Source of the DNA: a virus
Taxonomy: Duplodnaviria > Heunggongvirae > Uroviricota > Caudoviricetes
DNA length: 16,377 bases
Virus record (IMG/VR): IMGVR_UViG_2711768101_000011
Direction: 5' to 3' (one strand)
Part shown: positions 1-11,305 of the stretch, in pieces
Layout: every line of letters starts with the position of its first letter
Numbering within the stretch: position 1 is the stretch's first letter
The notes under the pieces: model-generated
The model's database searches: none
Told to the model about the DNA's origin: nothing
Seen by the model: only the letters and a program-made list of their open reading frames with translations
Translations under genes and position numbers: made by a program

Positions 1-155
1 TGATGAACAAAAAACAATCAGAATCGACACCATGAAAATAAAATCACTGTAATATCAATCAATTACAGTAGTGGTGATGACGAATAAAATTTCAAAAACT
101 AGCCTTTTTCCGCGACGCTCCCGCCCCGTGGCAGGGGCCCCCACCGGGAGGACCC

Positions 156-178
156 GACAGCCTGACAGCCTGACAGCC
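156..178. repeat. Tandem octamer repeat (GACAGCCT, about 2.9 copies) next to a GC-rich stretch
   Basis: Seen directly: gacagcct gacagcct gacagcc at 156-178, preceded by GC-rich 105-155 with nested complementarity (CTCCCG ... CGGGAG). Confidence 0.5.
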
Positions 179-314
179 GTGATGAGCATCTGATACAGCG
201 CTTTACATAATGGCATAGGAATAATTCAGAAGGACATCACAGCATGCCCACACAAATTAGTGTGAGTGTCCTGTTTCTTCCTACGCACAGGACTGACGAG
301 CATGAGGGGAAAAT

Positions 315-482
315 ATGCGAACCATAAATGCCTCATCTTCAGCAATGCAACCGGCATCCGAACAGGACGATATTGTAAATTCACCTAATTACGAGGACAT
401 TGCAGTAGTTGAATTGCAGCTCTGTATTAGCCTGACAGTGACAGAATGCGATATTGACTCTGTCACAGGTGAAATAGTTTGA
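315..482 (+). CDS. Hypothetical small protein (55 aa), below the ORF-track cutoff
   Basis: ATG at 315 with GAGGGG Shine-Dalgarno about 5 nt upstream; hand translation runs open to TGA at 480-482; no family recognised. Confidence 0.2.
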   Translation: MRTINASSSAMQPASEQDDIVNSPNYEDIAVVELQLCISLTVTECDIDSVTGEIV

Positions 483-502
483 ATGATTAGCAGTTATGGT
501 GC

Positions 503-709
503 TCAGTCAACCACCAGGGAATAATCCTTCGAATTCTTATCGTGCTTCACCAACGCTGCCTCAATTGCCCTGAATGCTTCCAGAGACACCTGATGTTCTA
601 TACATGCAATTACAACATCCGGGTAACTCATAGAAATGGTGCTATTAAGCATATTTTTTACACGAATCAGATCCAACGAGAGTTCATCAGCAGATTGTTC
701 TTTATTCAT
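503..709 (-). CDS. Hypothetical small phage protein (68 aa)
   Basis: ORF-track ORF; ATG at 709 preceded by GGAGCG Shine-Dalgarno-like motif at suitable spacing; no family recognised. Confidence 0.35.
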   Translation of the reverse strand: MNKEQSADELSLDLIRVKNMLNSTISMSYPDVVIACIEHQVSLEAFRAIEAALVKHDKNSKDYSLVVD

Positions 710-1009
710 TTTGTCGCTCCATGCGTTTGCTCGTCATCTAGCGGTTAAAATATTACTTCAAATCTTACTGCATAAAAGAGGAAAAGTATGAAAGTTTGAG
801 TACATCGACCTTACATACATCTGTCGGTTGCATATCCCTCCTGGATGCCAGCAAGGCTCAATTTTGTTACGCAATCAACACTATTCATTAAAAACAGGCT
901 TAATATTTGACATAAATCATCAACAAAACACAAAGAGGTCAGACCAGATTGAAACAATAAACACGATAATGCTAACTACGCGCCATCGTATCACATGGAA
1001 GGTTTACCA

Positions 1010-1420
1010 ATGGCTCAGGCTGCCATTTTTAAAGAAATATTCGATCAAGTGCGTAAAGATTTAAACTGTGAATTATTTTATTCTGAGCTAAAACGTCACA
1101 ATGTCTCACTTTATATTTACTATTTAGCCACAGATAATATTCACATTGTGTTAGAAAACGACAACATAGTGTTAGTAAAAGGACTCAAAAAGGTTGTAAA
1201 TGTTAAATTCTCCAGAAACAAACATCTTATAGAGACCTCCTATAATAAGTTGAAATCAAAAGAAATCACATTTCAACAATACAGGGAAAATCTTGCTAAA
1301 GCAGGAGTTTTCCGATGGGTTACAAATATCCAGGAACACCAAAGATATTACTATGCCTTTGATAACTCATTACTATTTACTGAAAGCATCCAGAAAACTA
1401 CACAGATCTTACCACGCTAA
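1010..1420 (+). CDS. ydfO: YdfO-like prophage protein (DUF1398 family)
   Basis: Translation from [19 protein letters not shown]... matches my recollection of Qin YdfO / DLP12 YbcV; start moved to the internal Met of the 995-1420 ORF. Confidence 0.7.
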   Translation: MAQAAIFKEIFDQVRKDLNCELFYSELKRHNVSLYIYYLATDNIHIVLENDNIVLVKGLKKVVNVKFSRNKHLIETSYNKLKSKEITFQQYRENLAKAGVFRWVTNIQEHQRYYYAFDNSLLFTESIQKTTQILPR

Positions 1421-1428
1421 ACCATAAC

Positions 1429-1457
1429 GTCCGGCTTCTCTCACTCCTGAGCCGGAC
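1429..1457 (+). terminator. Stem-loop downstream of ydfO-like gene, possible terminator
   Basis: 8-bp inverted repeat GTCCGGCT ... AGCCGGAC with about a 13-nt loop, 9 nt after the stop; weak U tract. Confidence 0.3.
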
Positions 1458-1571
1458 TGCATTGGTTTAACAAAAACCATCAACAATTGTGATTTAGATA
1501 TTCGGAACCATTCAAATATAACAAAACCCCGTAAAAACGAGGTTTATGGATAAATTTTATTATTGAATACA

Positions 1572-1745
1572 TCAGATTAAATTAATCTTGACATCATAGC
1601 TTTCAAGACCCGTCATTTTTTCCCGTGCGGTAAACTGAATACTGGTAACTTCTTTCCCGGTCTTTTTCTTAAGTTCAATAATTTTTTTTGTTATATATTC
1701 AGAAATATCTGCTTCTGCTTTTGTTTTTAAGTTTTCAATATTCAT
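1572..1745 (-). CDS. gnsB: GnsA/GnsB-family small protein (57 aa)
   Basis: Hand translation of minus strand: MNIENLKTKAEADISEYITKKIIELKKKTGKEVTSIQFTAREKMTGLESYDVKINLI, closely resembling GnsB as I remember it; AAAGAGGAA Shine-Dalgarno upstream; missed by ORF track because under 60 aa. Confidence 0.6.
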   Translation of the reverse strand: MNIENLKTKAEADISEYITKKIIELKKKTGKEVTSIQFTAREKMTGLESYDVKINLI

Positions 1746-1916
1746 CATTTCCTCTTTTAGTCTGTTATGACTTTCCAGTTACACAGTAAGTCGATTATAT
1801 GGTGCAAACGTGTAAAAGATAAGATGAAACATCGCAATAATCAACATACGATAGTCTAAATTTTACACAAACAGACAAAGAGAATTTTCCTGAATTATCA
1901 ATACAATAGCATCAAA

Positions 1917-2147
1917 TCAACTCAAGAGCCTTATTGCTGCTTCCAGAATTTCTTCTGAAGTAACATGTCGATCCGCGGCTACATAAATGACTTTATGATC
2001 TCCGGTCAGAGATGGAAACCCTGCGGCCATTACAGTAAGGTGTGTTTTTTCGCCATTTGGATATTCACGCATGATGGTGTTAACTCCAGTCATCGCTGGC
2101 ACTACCACTGCTGGTTCAGAGTTAAAAAAAACTATGATTTTTTTCAT
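1917..2147 (-). CDS. Small prophage protein, YnfN-like by position
   Basis: ORF-track ORF trimmed to internal Met (MKKIIVFFNSEPAVVV...); sits between gnsB-like and cspI-like genes as ynfN does in Qin; start uncertain (a 51-aa version beginning MREYPNG at 2072 is possible). Confidence 0.4.
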   Translation of the reverse strand: MKKIIVFFNSEPAVVVPAMTGVNTIMREYPNGEKTHLTVMAAGFPSLTGDHKVIYVAADRHVTSEEILEAAIRLLS

Positions 2148-2190
2148 GATGTTACCGTAGTATGTGAGTATCCATCGAATAGATACCAAG

Positions 2191-2215
2191 CAAAAAAGCT
2201 CCCGAAGGAGCCTTC
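2191..2215. terminator. Rho-independent terminator hairpin, apparently bidirectional
   Basis: GCTCC-CGAA-GGAGC stem-loop flanked by an A run on one side and a T-rich stretch on the other, so a U tract follows it on either strand. Confidence 0.5.
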
Positions 2216-2418
2216 ATTTTCACTTTTTTAAATCCAACGACAGACGGCTGGCATTTAAGTATTGTGAAATATTATCAAATGTAATCATCATTGATTTACA
2301 AAAGATACATTTTGCCCCGAAAGGATTCATGTCAGAAACATCAAAAGATGATGTTCTATACTGGGAACCATGACAACACGGGCATCTAAAGTGAATATGG
2401 TTTGTAATATTGTCTACC

Positions 2419-2631
2419 TCAAAGCGCCACTACATGAACAGCGGCAGGACCTTTAGGTCCGTTCTCAATACCAAATTCAACTTCCTGATTCTCAGTTAAT
2501 GTTTTGAAATCGTTGCTCTGAATTGCTGAGAAATGGACAAACACATCTTTGCTGCCATCTTTCGGCGTGATGAAACCAAAACCTTTTTCAGGGTTAAACC
2601 ATTTCACTAAACCAGTCATTTTGTTAGACAT
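2419..2631 (-). CDS. cspI: CspA-family cold shock protein (70 aa)
   Basis: [38 protein letters not shown]... carries RNP1/RNP2-type cold-shock domain motifs; AAGG Shine-Dalgarno; long AT-rich leader typical of csp genes; cspI versus cspB assignment is from context. Confidence 0.85.
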   Translation of the reverse strand: MSNKMTGLVKWFNPEKGFGFITPKDGSKDVFVHFSAIQSNDFKTLTENQEVEFGIENGPKGPAAVHVVAL

Positions 2632-2992
2632 AATTATTACCTTTTGAAGAAATTAGCCCTTGGGCAGAATGGTCCGAAAAAAATATCAGAGAGAAAAACC
2701 AACAAGGAAATCTCAAGAGGTACAAATAATAAAATTATAACAATGACTGCTTCAGATAAATTTGTAACAAACCAGAACACCATTAACGCATGATTAACCA
2801 CCCATAGCAAGGATTACTTTTGTAAAGAAAAACACAGCAATGAAAGAATAGCTTTATTTATTAATAAAACGTGTCATTCTGATTAAGACCTTTTATCTTA
2901 CCCTTAAGATTTCAGGAATTTTGGCTCATGGAAGAGTCCTTTTTATTTAAATTTTACATTCCGCGATGTAAATGTTCCGATTTAATATTACC

Positions 2993-4016
<1,024 letters not shown>

Positions 4017-4020
<4 letters not shown>

Positions 4021-4328
4021 ATATATTTATGATGAGGACGCTCGTGCTTATTGGCTGGATTTTCAATCTTAAAGGAGTACTGATGCTGCAGATAAGACTC
4101 AACTTTTTCTGACAATTTTTCTCCTACTTCCAGGAAGACTTGCCGGACGCTCCTTCTGGCTGCTGCCTCATAAAACTCCAGCGCAGCTCCTTCAACACGG
4201 TCCATGGCGACATCCAGGCCAAAAATTTCACCGTCAAAGCGTTCTTTGTCCTGTAAGGCTACAGTTACTGTAACTTTATTCTCAAAATTACGGACTCCTT
4301 TCACAACCAGTTCATAGTCTTGAGTCAT
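4017..4328 (-). CDS. DUF1327-like prophage protein (YdfR-like)
   Basis: Translation MTQDYELVVKGVRNFENKVTVTVALQDKERFDGEIFGLDV...; sits between holin and lysozyme as ydfR does in Qin; start set to internal Met. Confidence 0.55.
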
Positions 4329-4332
4329 TGGA

Positions 4333-4548
4333 TTACTCTCTTCTCGCAACCTTACGCCTGTCTTCTTTAATCTTGAAATAAAGGTTTGTCAGATACGTCA
4401 GCATGCCAAATACCAGACTACCCAATACACCTATTGCCGCCCACTGTGAGGGCGTGACTTTATCGAGCAACTGTAAAAACCAGTAGCCAGCACTGCCTGC
4501 AGAGGTGCTGTAGGCGATGCCCGTTGTTAACTTATCCATGGATTTCAT
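4333..4548 (-). CDS. Class II holin (EssD/EssQ-like, 71 aa)
   Basis: [71 protein letters not shown]: two hydrophobic segments and charged C-terminus; GGAGGTG Shine-Dalgarno before the internal ATG of the ORF-track ORF. Confidence 0.8.
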   Translation of the reverse strand: MKSMDKLTTGIAYSTSAGSAGYWFLQLLDKVTPSQWAAIGVLGSLVFGMLTYLTNLYFKIKEDRRKVARRE

Positions 4549-4639
4549 AGCCTCACCTCCGCAGATAACGGATGGTGTACACGGTTTGGTTCGAAGAAGG
4601 AAAGAAGTTACATTAGCGTAAGGCCCGAACATCTATTCA

Positions 4640-4670
4640 AAAAGAAAAACGCCAGCAATTATTCTGGCGT
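4640..4670 (-). terminator. Rho-independent terminator downstream of the AraC-family gene
   Basis: On the minus strand, CGCCAG-AATAATTG-CTGGCG hairpin followed by TTTTTCTTTTT, about 70 nt after the stop at 4739. Confidence 0.5.
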
Positions 4671-4738
4671 AGCTAAAAATATCGTATAATCTTACACTTC
4701 AAAAAATAACTTTATAAAATGCCATCACATCATATCTT

Positions 4739-5154
4739 CTAAGAAAATCTTGATAAATATTGGTGCGGAGGCACACCAAAATATCCTCTAAAAACACTTA
4801 CAAAATATGATGCATTGTCATACCCGCATATTCCCGCCACCTTTCCGACAGTATGGTTACTGTAGATCAATAATCTTTGCGCCATCATCATTCGTTCTTC
4901 AAGAATTAATTTACTAAACGATATTCCTTCGTCTTTTAATTTTCTTTTTAACAAACTCTCGCTCATATATAATCTTGAAGATATATCACAAAGTCTCCAT
5001 GACGCTGAGATATCCGAGTGAATAATAGCCTTAACTTTACAACCTAAGCTATTAAGACTTCCGAACAAAAAACTTTGCACTATTTTCTCTGAAGATAAGA
5101 CAGCAAGACATGCAAGTGATATTTGATTTCTAACTACATCCACGGTTTTGCTAT
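4739..5154 (-). pseudogene. AraC-family regulator (AppY/EnvY-like), C-terminal fragment separated from its N-terminus by the IS5 insertion
   Basis: Host-derived part of ORF 4739-5320 carries the AraC-type HTH region (...GICGYDNASYFVSVFRGYFGVPPHQY); the first 55 codons of that ORF are IS sequence. Confidence 0.7.
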
Positions 5155-6350
<1,196 letters not shown>

Positions 6351-6652
6351 CTATCACAATTCAAGCATGCAACCAAGTTCTTTAACAATGAAAAATCTTC
6401 ACATTCTACTATCAAGTATGACGGATAAAACCTTCTTACAGAAAAAGGTGAGAGTGTGTAGTTTTTAAAGAAATCATTAACTGTTTTCTCCTCAACATCT
6501 ACGATCATTAGATGATCTGTATTTGACGAAAAAAGATCTTTTAAATTGTATTCAATGAGGACATCATTTCCTTTTTTAAACAAAATATCTTCTTTACCAA
6601 TTCGGACACCAAACGAGTTCAACACCAAAATGATAGAACATATGTATGGCAT
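6351..6652 (-). pseudogene. AraC-family regulator (AppY/EnvY-like), N-terminal fragment
   Basis: MPYICSIILVLNSFGVRIGKEDILFKKG... resembles the AppY N-terminus; joining this fragment to 4739-5154 after removing the IS and one CTAT copy restores one continuous frame of about 240 aa (frame arithmetic done by hand). Confidence 0.65.
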
Positions 6653-7058
6653 ATTATCCACCTGATATCATTGGGGTTACACCAGGTAAGTATAGGTGGA
6701 AAATCAATATTCGCCAGTTCAACAATAAGGAAAATCTCATTGCATCACAACTATAAAACCATGTGTTTAACTCACAAAAAACAAATCATTAAACTAATCT
6801 GTTATATTATAATAGCTGCGTGCAATAATAATATTATATGCTCTTAATATTCACTTGAAATATCTTCATATAAAAACAGATTGAATAAAATCTTTTGGGG
6901 CTGGTATGTTTACCAACATTAAATTGCATCTCAATGTTTTCTTTAGCGTGAACAGGATTTTTATACAAACTGACACTATGGGCATCATAGCGTAGTTTTT
7001 ACGATTGTAAATATCCTGCATACAGGAACTCATCACTTTCAGATGATATCGCATACAG

Positions 7059-8018
7059 TTAATTCACCATCAGTCTTAGAGCCAGTTCTTCCGGATAGGG
7101 ATCGAAGTAATTCTGTGTAAGCAAGTAATCATTAGGATACTCACCCAGATAATGCTTCAGCAGAGTCAACGGCGCAAGAAGAGGCAATGTGCCAAAGCGA
7201 TAGTTAAGTATAACCTCGCTCAACTCTTTACGCTGGCGTGTACTTAAGTAATTACTAAAATACCCCTGTATATGCATCAGCACATTCGTGTGATTTTTAC
7301 GTGATGCTGGTTTTCTGAGAATCGCCATCAGATTATCACGATACACCTCAAAGTATGATTCAAGGTCCGCCCACTCGTGTATTGCAGCCACAAATGGTCC
7401 CATATCTTTATAGCCTGCCTGGCTATGCGCCAACAACTGAAGCTTATAACGACTATGAAAAGCTAATAACTCTCTTCTTGATAATTTCTCCTTGTAAAGA
7501 TGATTGAGCTCATGCAAAGCAAAAACTCTTTCAATAAAATTCTCACGAAGCACTGGATCATGTAATCGCCCATCCTCTTCAACCGGTAGCCAGGAAAACT
7601 TTTCCATCAAAGTGCTCGTAAATAGTCCCACCCCATCTTTACGACCTCGATTACCATTTTCATCATAGACACGCACGCGCTCCATGCCACAGCTGGGAGA
7701 TTTAGCACAAACCACAAACCCCGATACATCCTTTAATTTGTCCATATAAGAACGACTAAACTCTGTCATTCTCTCTGTCACATCCTCATTCTGGTCGTGG
7801 CTGAAACACATCCGTATATTTCCTTGCTTCGAGCGCACAAGTCGTAGAGCAGGACGCGGAACTGGCAGCCCTATAGCCATTTCCGGACATACTGGTCTGA
7901 ATGTTACCCATTCCACTAATTTGTCCATTAAAAAGTCATCTCTTTTGTGACCACCATCAAAACGAACAGCAGAACCGCCCAAACAACCGCTGATCCCAAT
8001 CACAGGTTTTTTTATCAT
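7059..8018 (-). CDS. DUF523-DUF1722 fusion protein (TudS / YbgA-like putative Fe-S thiouracil desulfidase family)
   Basis: 319 aa; N-terminal Cys-containing motifs (GISGCLGG, RPVCPE, KSPSCG) consistent with DUF523; C-terminal half YbgA/DUF1722-like; strong AAGGGGGAGGAA Shine-Dalgarno before the ATG. Confidence 0.7.
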   Translation of the reverse strand: MIKKPVIGISGCLGGSAVRFDGGHKRDDFLMDKLVEWVTFRPVCPEMAIGLPVPRPALRLVRSKQGNIRMCFSHDQNEDVTERMTEFSRSYMDKLKDVSGFVVCAKSPSCGMERVRVYDENGNRGRKDGVGLFTSTLMEKFSWLPVEEDGRLHDPVLRENFIERVFALHELNHLYKEKLSRRELLAFHSRYKLQLLAHSQAGYKDMGPFVAAIHEWADLESYFEVYRDNLMAILRKPASRKNHTNVLMHIQGYFSNYLSTRQRKELSEVILNYRFGTLPLLAPLTLLKHYLGEYPNDYLLTQNYFDPYPEELALRLMVN

Positions 8019-8210
8019 TTCCTCCCCCTTGACTAATTCATTAACACATAAACTTTGTAGTGCACTGACTAAATTGCCTTTCTGGCTTCATCACTGACAA
8101 TTTTTCTGTTATTGACTATTCCTAATATAGTAGGAAAGTTCTTTAAGTGATCGGTCGTACTCATCTATCTTTCATACTTACTCTCAACTATCAAAAGTAC
8201 AGGATTTATT

Positions 8211-8735
8211 ATGAAGTTATGGCCTGTGTTGACTGGCATTGCACTCTCTTTCACTCTTATAGCATGTAAGGCCCCGACACCACCTAAAGGTGTGCAGCCG
8301 ATTACAAATTTTGACGCCAACCGCTACCTCGGAAAATGGTATGAAATAGCTCGCCTCGAGAACTGGTTCGAACGTGGTCTGGAACAGGTCAGCGCTACTT
8401 ATGAAAAACGGAACGACGGAGGGATTCGCGTACTTAACCGTGGATACGATCCAACGAAAAACAAATGGAGCGAGAGCGAAGGTAAAGCATACTTTACTGG
8501 AGATACTAAAACTGCAGCGTTGAAAGTTTCGTTTTTTGGCCCCTTCTATGGTGGCTATAATGTAATCAAGCTGGATGATGAGTATAAGTATGCTCTTGTC
8601 AGTGGTCCGAACAGAGAATACCTATGGATTCTGGCAAGGACCCAAACTATTCCAGATAATGTAAAAGCAGACTATGTGCGTACCGCTCAAAAGTTGGGAT
8701 TCAATGTCAATGAACTATTATGGGTTAAACAATAA
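8211..8735 (+). CDS. blc: Outer-membrane lipocalin, Blc homologue
   Basis: Lipoprotein signal peptide with lipobox LIAC; lipocalin motifs (NFDANRYLGKWYEIARLENWFERG, KVSFFGPFYGGYNVIKLD) closely match Blc but are clearly diverged from the chromosomal copy as I remember it. Confidence 0.8.
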   Translation: MKLWPVLTGIALSFTLIACKAPTPPKGVQPITNFDANRYLGKWYEIARLENWFERGLEQVSATYEKRNDGGIRVLNRGYDPTKNKWSESEGKAYFTGDTKTAALKVSFFGPFYGGYNVIKLDDEYKYALVSGPNREYLWILARTQTIPDNVKADYVRTAQKLGFNVNELLWVKQ

Positions 8736-8763
8736 AATCCCCACCCGAAATGATACTTATTAG

Positions 8764-8790
8764 AAAAAAACCAGCCTTTGGGGAGGCTGG
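8764..8790 (-). terminator. tR'-like rho-independent terminator downstream of Q (also at the 3' end of blc on the other strand)
   Basis: CCAGCCT-loop-AGGCTGG hairpin; on the minus strand it is followed by TTTTTTT. Confidence 0.55.
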
Positions 8791-8794
8791 CTAA

Positions 8795-8890
8795 ATCAGG
8801 AAACAAGCTGTTATATGATAATAACTACGTTGCGATTCCAACATTTAAAATGTTAGACTAATGAAAATCAGACAGCAACTTTTCCTTTAA
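8795..8890 (-). promoter_or_regulatory. Probable late promoter (PR'-like) and qut region between Q and the terminator
   Basis: Inferred from lambdoid architecture (Q gene, short leader, terminator); only weak sigma70-like hexamers seen (e.g. TTGCTG-17-TAACAT); exact promoter not resolved. Confidence 0.3.
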
Positions 8891-9268
8891 TTATTTCGAA
8901 CAATCAGCATCCATCTCCAATCGGAGATCCAACACCATCAGCATGCCCTCCACTACGCCCTCAGCTTTCTGGAGCATCCTGCCAACCCAACAATCAGATC
9001 GCCCATGCTTACGTGCAAGCGCCATAAAAGTCATGCCGCCGACATAATAGTCCACCAATAAATCATGTAAATCGCTGTTGTTTTTTTTCAGGCGAGCCAT
9101 ACATTCACAAATGATCATCGCGTCATCGTCACAGCATTGCGGACGAGATCTTACTTTTGAAGGAATTAATCCCTTAAAACCGGCGGCAATGGACGACCAG
9201 GTCACATCTTCATGATTATTAGCCGCCCATGCCCCCCAACGCTCAAGAACCATCTGAATATCACGCAT
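8891..9268 (-). CDS. Antitermination protein Q (QuuD / phage 82-21 type)
   Basis: [34 protein letters not shown]...[33 protein letters not shown] matches QuuD closely from memory; GGAG Shine-Dalgarno before ATG at 9268; the ORF-track start at 9283 is a TTG. Confidence 0.8.
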   Translation of the reverse strand: MRDIQMVLERWGAWAANNHEDVTWSSIAAGFKGLIPSKVRSRPQCCDDDAMIICECMARLKKNNSDLHDLLVDYYVGGMTFMALARKHGRSDCWVGRMLQKAEGVVEGMLMVLDLRLEMDADCSK

Positions 9269-9285
9269 CAACTTACTCCACAAAA

Positions 9286-10335
9286 TTAGGCCAGCACACC
9301 AATTGCCAGCGCGCGATCGATAAATCGAAAAATCAGCTCCAGTTGGGAGCCATACTTCTCTTCAAATGCCACGGTATCCGTATGCAACTCGTCGTGATGC
9401 TTTCTGCACAAAGGCAACACAAAGAGATCATGTGCTTTGGTTCCCATTCCGCCCTGCCCGTGACCAATCAGATGATGCGGATCGTCGGCTGGCATACCGC
9501 AGCAAGCACACGGCTGTGTCTTAACCCAGCGTGTGTATTTCTCCTTAACCCAACGGTGACGTTTAGGCAGCTTCATGAAAGATTCCGGAGACTCTGGATC
9601 AACGGTGATGCTTACCACCGTCTTTTCCTGTGATGGGTTTTGTTGCTGGTGGGCGTGAGGCAACGGTGCAAGATTTTTTGTGCGCTGTTTCAATATGCTG
9701 GTGGCGGTCTGCTCTCCCGGTACGATGTCGCTTTCGCGGTACACCGCGCAGTTTTTTTCCGCTGGTAATCCCAGCGAGCGACGTAATACCGCTTCCGGTA
9801 GCGCGTCCGCCACCTGATTGCGGACCGCCCACCAGGATAATTCAGCCAGAGATAATTCACGCTCCTGCGTACCGCTTATTGCGTGACCGATGACGTCAAT
9901 CATCCATGCTGACAGGTTTTGATGAGCAAGTTGCTCGAGTGATTCGGATGTCTGGTCACGCAGCTGGTTGTCGCAGTGCCAGCACAACACCATTGCGCCG
10001 GTACCATAACGGTGAATAACGGTTTCGCTGTGATGATAATCGCCGTGTGGCCACTGGCAGGATTTAATATGGCGCAACAGCCAGTCAGACAATGCACCAG
10101 CACCACCAGCAGCACGAATTACCCGTGCGTTACTGAAAAACGGCAGCAATGTTTTGTCTTCCACCAGCGGCTGGCGAACGGCAGGAACGACCCCGGACGG
10201 CAGATTACGCATGCTTTTCGGTTCCGGCTCCACCAGTACCCGGGTATTGTGGAATACCGGCATGGATTCACGGCCCGGCTTAACGACCACCAGCCCGAGT
10301 TCCGGTACCAGAACAGGTCGAAGTAATATCCGCAC
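9286..10335 (-). CDS. ydfU: YdfU-like prophage protein (DUF968, HNH-like C-terminus)
   Basis: 349 aa; C-terminal [21 protein letters not shown]...[10 protein letters not shown] motif; GTG start with GGAGG Shine-Dalgarno; resembles Qin YdfU. Confidence 0.8.
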   Translation of the reverse strand: MRILLRPVLVPELGLVVVKPGRESMPVFHNTRVLVEPEPKSMRNLPSGVVPAVRQPLVEDKTLLPFFSNARVIRAAGGAGALSDWLLRHIKSCQWPHGDYHHSETVIHRYGTGAMVLCWHCDNQLRDQTSESLEQLAHQNLSAWMIDVIGHAISGTQERELSLAELSWWAVRNQVADALPEAVLRRSLGLPAEKNCAVYRESDIVPGEQTATSILKQRTKNLAPLPHAHQQQNPSQEKTVVSITVDPESPESFMKLPKRHRWVKEKYTRWVKTQPCACCGMPADDPHHLIGHGQGGMGTKAHDLFVLPLCRKHHDELHTDTVAFEEKYGSQLELIFRFIDRALAIGVLA

Positions 10336-10336
10336 G

Positions 10337-10615
10337 TTACCTCCAGATGCGTTGCTGGAATGTACGGGACGGACGCGGTGGGCGTTCGGAGTAAGGCAAT
10401 CTGACTGAGATTATCAAGTGACGGTAGTCGAGACTAAGAGCTTTCTTAACCTCGTATCCGCGCCTGCGGTAACACTGAATTATCCATTCAGCCTGCTCTT
10501 CAGTGCATGGAGGGTGCTGGAACCATTCAGACTTGAATGCGTGAGAATACCGCTCGTGCGTGCAGGCAAGAACGGGCGAATTATCAGAATTGTAATATTT
10601 TACGTTGCGTGCCAT
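10337..10615 (-). CDS. Hypothetical Cys/His-containing phage protein (92 aa)
   Basis: ATG with GGAG Shine-Dalgarno; stop TAA one nt before the ydfU GTG start (tight coupling); no family recognised. Confidence 0.45.
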   Translation of the reverse strand: MARNVKYYNSDNSPVLACTHERYSHAFKSEWFQHPPCTEEQAEWIIQCYRRRGYEVKKALSLDYRHLIISVRLPYSERPPRPSRTFQQRIWR

Positions 10616-10681
10616 CGGTTTTCTCCGGTGGCACGGTGTTACTCAGCGGGAGTTCAGCCCCGCGCAAGATTGTAGATGAGT

Positions 10682-10933
10682 TTATTCTTCTGCAAAAGCT
10701 GAAAAGCCTGCTTTTATTCCGATCTCTTTCAGTGCCTGTAATGAAGTGACAAACTCACCTTCGCGCAAGATAAATCCGTCTGTCACTCGACCATCCACAA
10801 AATTAATTAACGCAGCCCCATTCTTTCGCAAACACATAATGCGGTAATGACTAACAAGATTTCCATTTTCAACGCACACAGCATAGAGGCCATCTTCACA
10901 AAAAATTTTACGCAGTTCTTCGATGTTCATCAT
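10682..10933 (-). CDS. rem: Rem-like small prophage protein (83 aa)
   Basis: Length and position (between hok and ydfU) match Qin rem; GGAAGGA Shine-Dalgarno; sequence identity to rem is from imperfect memory. Confidence 0.5.
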   Translation of the reverse strand: MMNIEELRKIFCEDGLYAVCVENGNLVSHYRIMCLRKNGAALINFVDGRVTDGFILREGEFVTSLQALKEIGIKAGFSAFAEE

Positions 10934-11048
10934 CAGAATCCTTCCGGATAATTAGCTCTCCCCTTTAAGGGACCATCCCTCTTATCCCTGCGCGCTACTT
11001 AAGTATTTTTGATTCTATTCCGGCACCGTCCAGAACTTCAAACGCGTT

Positions 11049-11080
11049 GAAAATAAAAACAAAAACCCGCCGAAGCGGGT
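11049..11080 (-). terminator. Rho-independent terminator at the 3' end of the hok transcript
   Basis: On the minus strand, ACCCGC-TTCG-GCGGGT hairpin followed by TTTTTGTTTTTATTTT, about 70 nt after the hok stop. Confidence 0.55.
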
Positions 11081-11149
11081 TAAGTGCGAGTGCGTTGAGG
11101 ATGCTTGCCACATCAGAGGTGGCGAGGGATTTCTCCCTCGCCGGGTCTC

Positions 11150-11305
11150 TTACTCCTCAGGTTCGTAAGCTGTGAAGACAGCGACCTCCGTCTGGTCGGT
11201 TCGGATTCGTACCTCGCAGAGGTCTTTCCTCGTTACCAGTGCCGTCACTATGACGGTTAAACAGATGACGATCAGGGCGATTAACATCGCCTTTTGCTGC
11301 TTCAT
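11150..11305 (-). CDS. hokD: Hok-family type I toxin (HokD/RelF-like, 51 aa)
   Basis: MKQQKAMLIALIVICLTVIVTALVTRKDLCEVRIRTDQTEVAVFTAYEPEE; AAGGAG Shine-Dalgarno before the internal ATG; the ORF-track ORF extends in frame upstream to 11362. Confidence 0.8.
   Translation of the reverse strand: MKQQKAMLIALIVICLTVIVTALVTRKDLCEVRIRTDQTEVAVFTAYEPEE

Noticed and set aside
828-1064. Plus-strand ORF 828-1064 upstream of ydfO
   Set aside because: Overlaps the ydfO-like start in another frame, has no Shine-Dalgarno and lies in an AT-rich promoter-like region.
2164-2373. Plus-strand ORFs 1965-2231 and 2164-2373
   Set aside because: Antisense to, or overlapping, the ynfN-like gene and the terminator hairpin; no start context.
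9229-10408. Plus-strand ORFs at 9229-9633, 9630-9893, 9976-10326 and 10154-10408
   Set aside because: All lie antisense within the well-supported ydfU-like gene, have no Shine-Dalgarno and give low-complexity GC-driven translations; likely spurious open frames in a GC-rich region.
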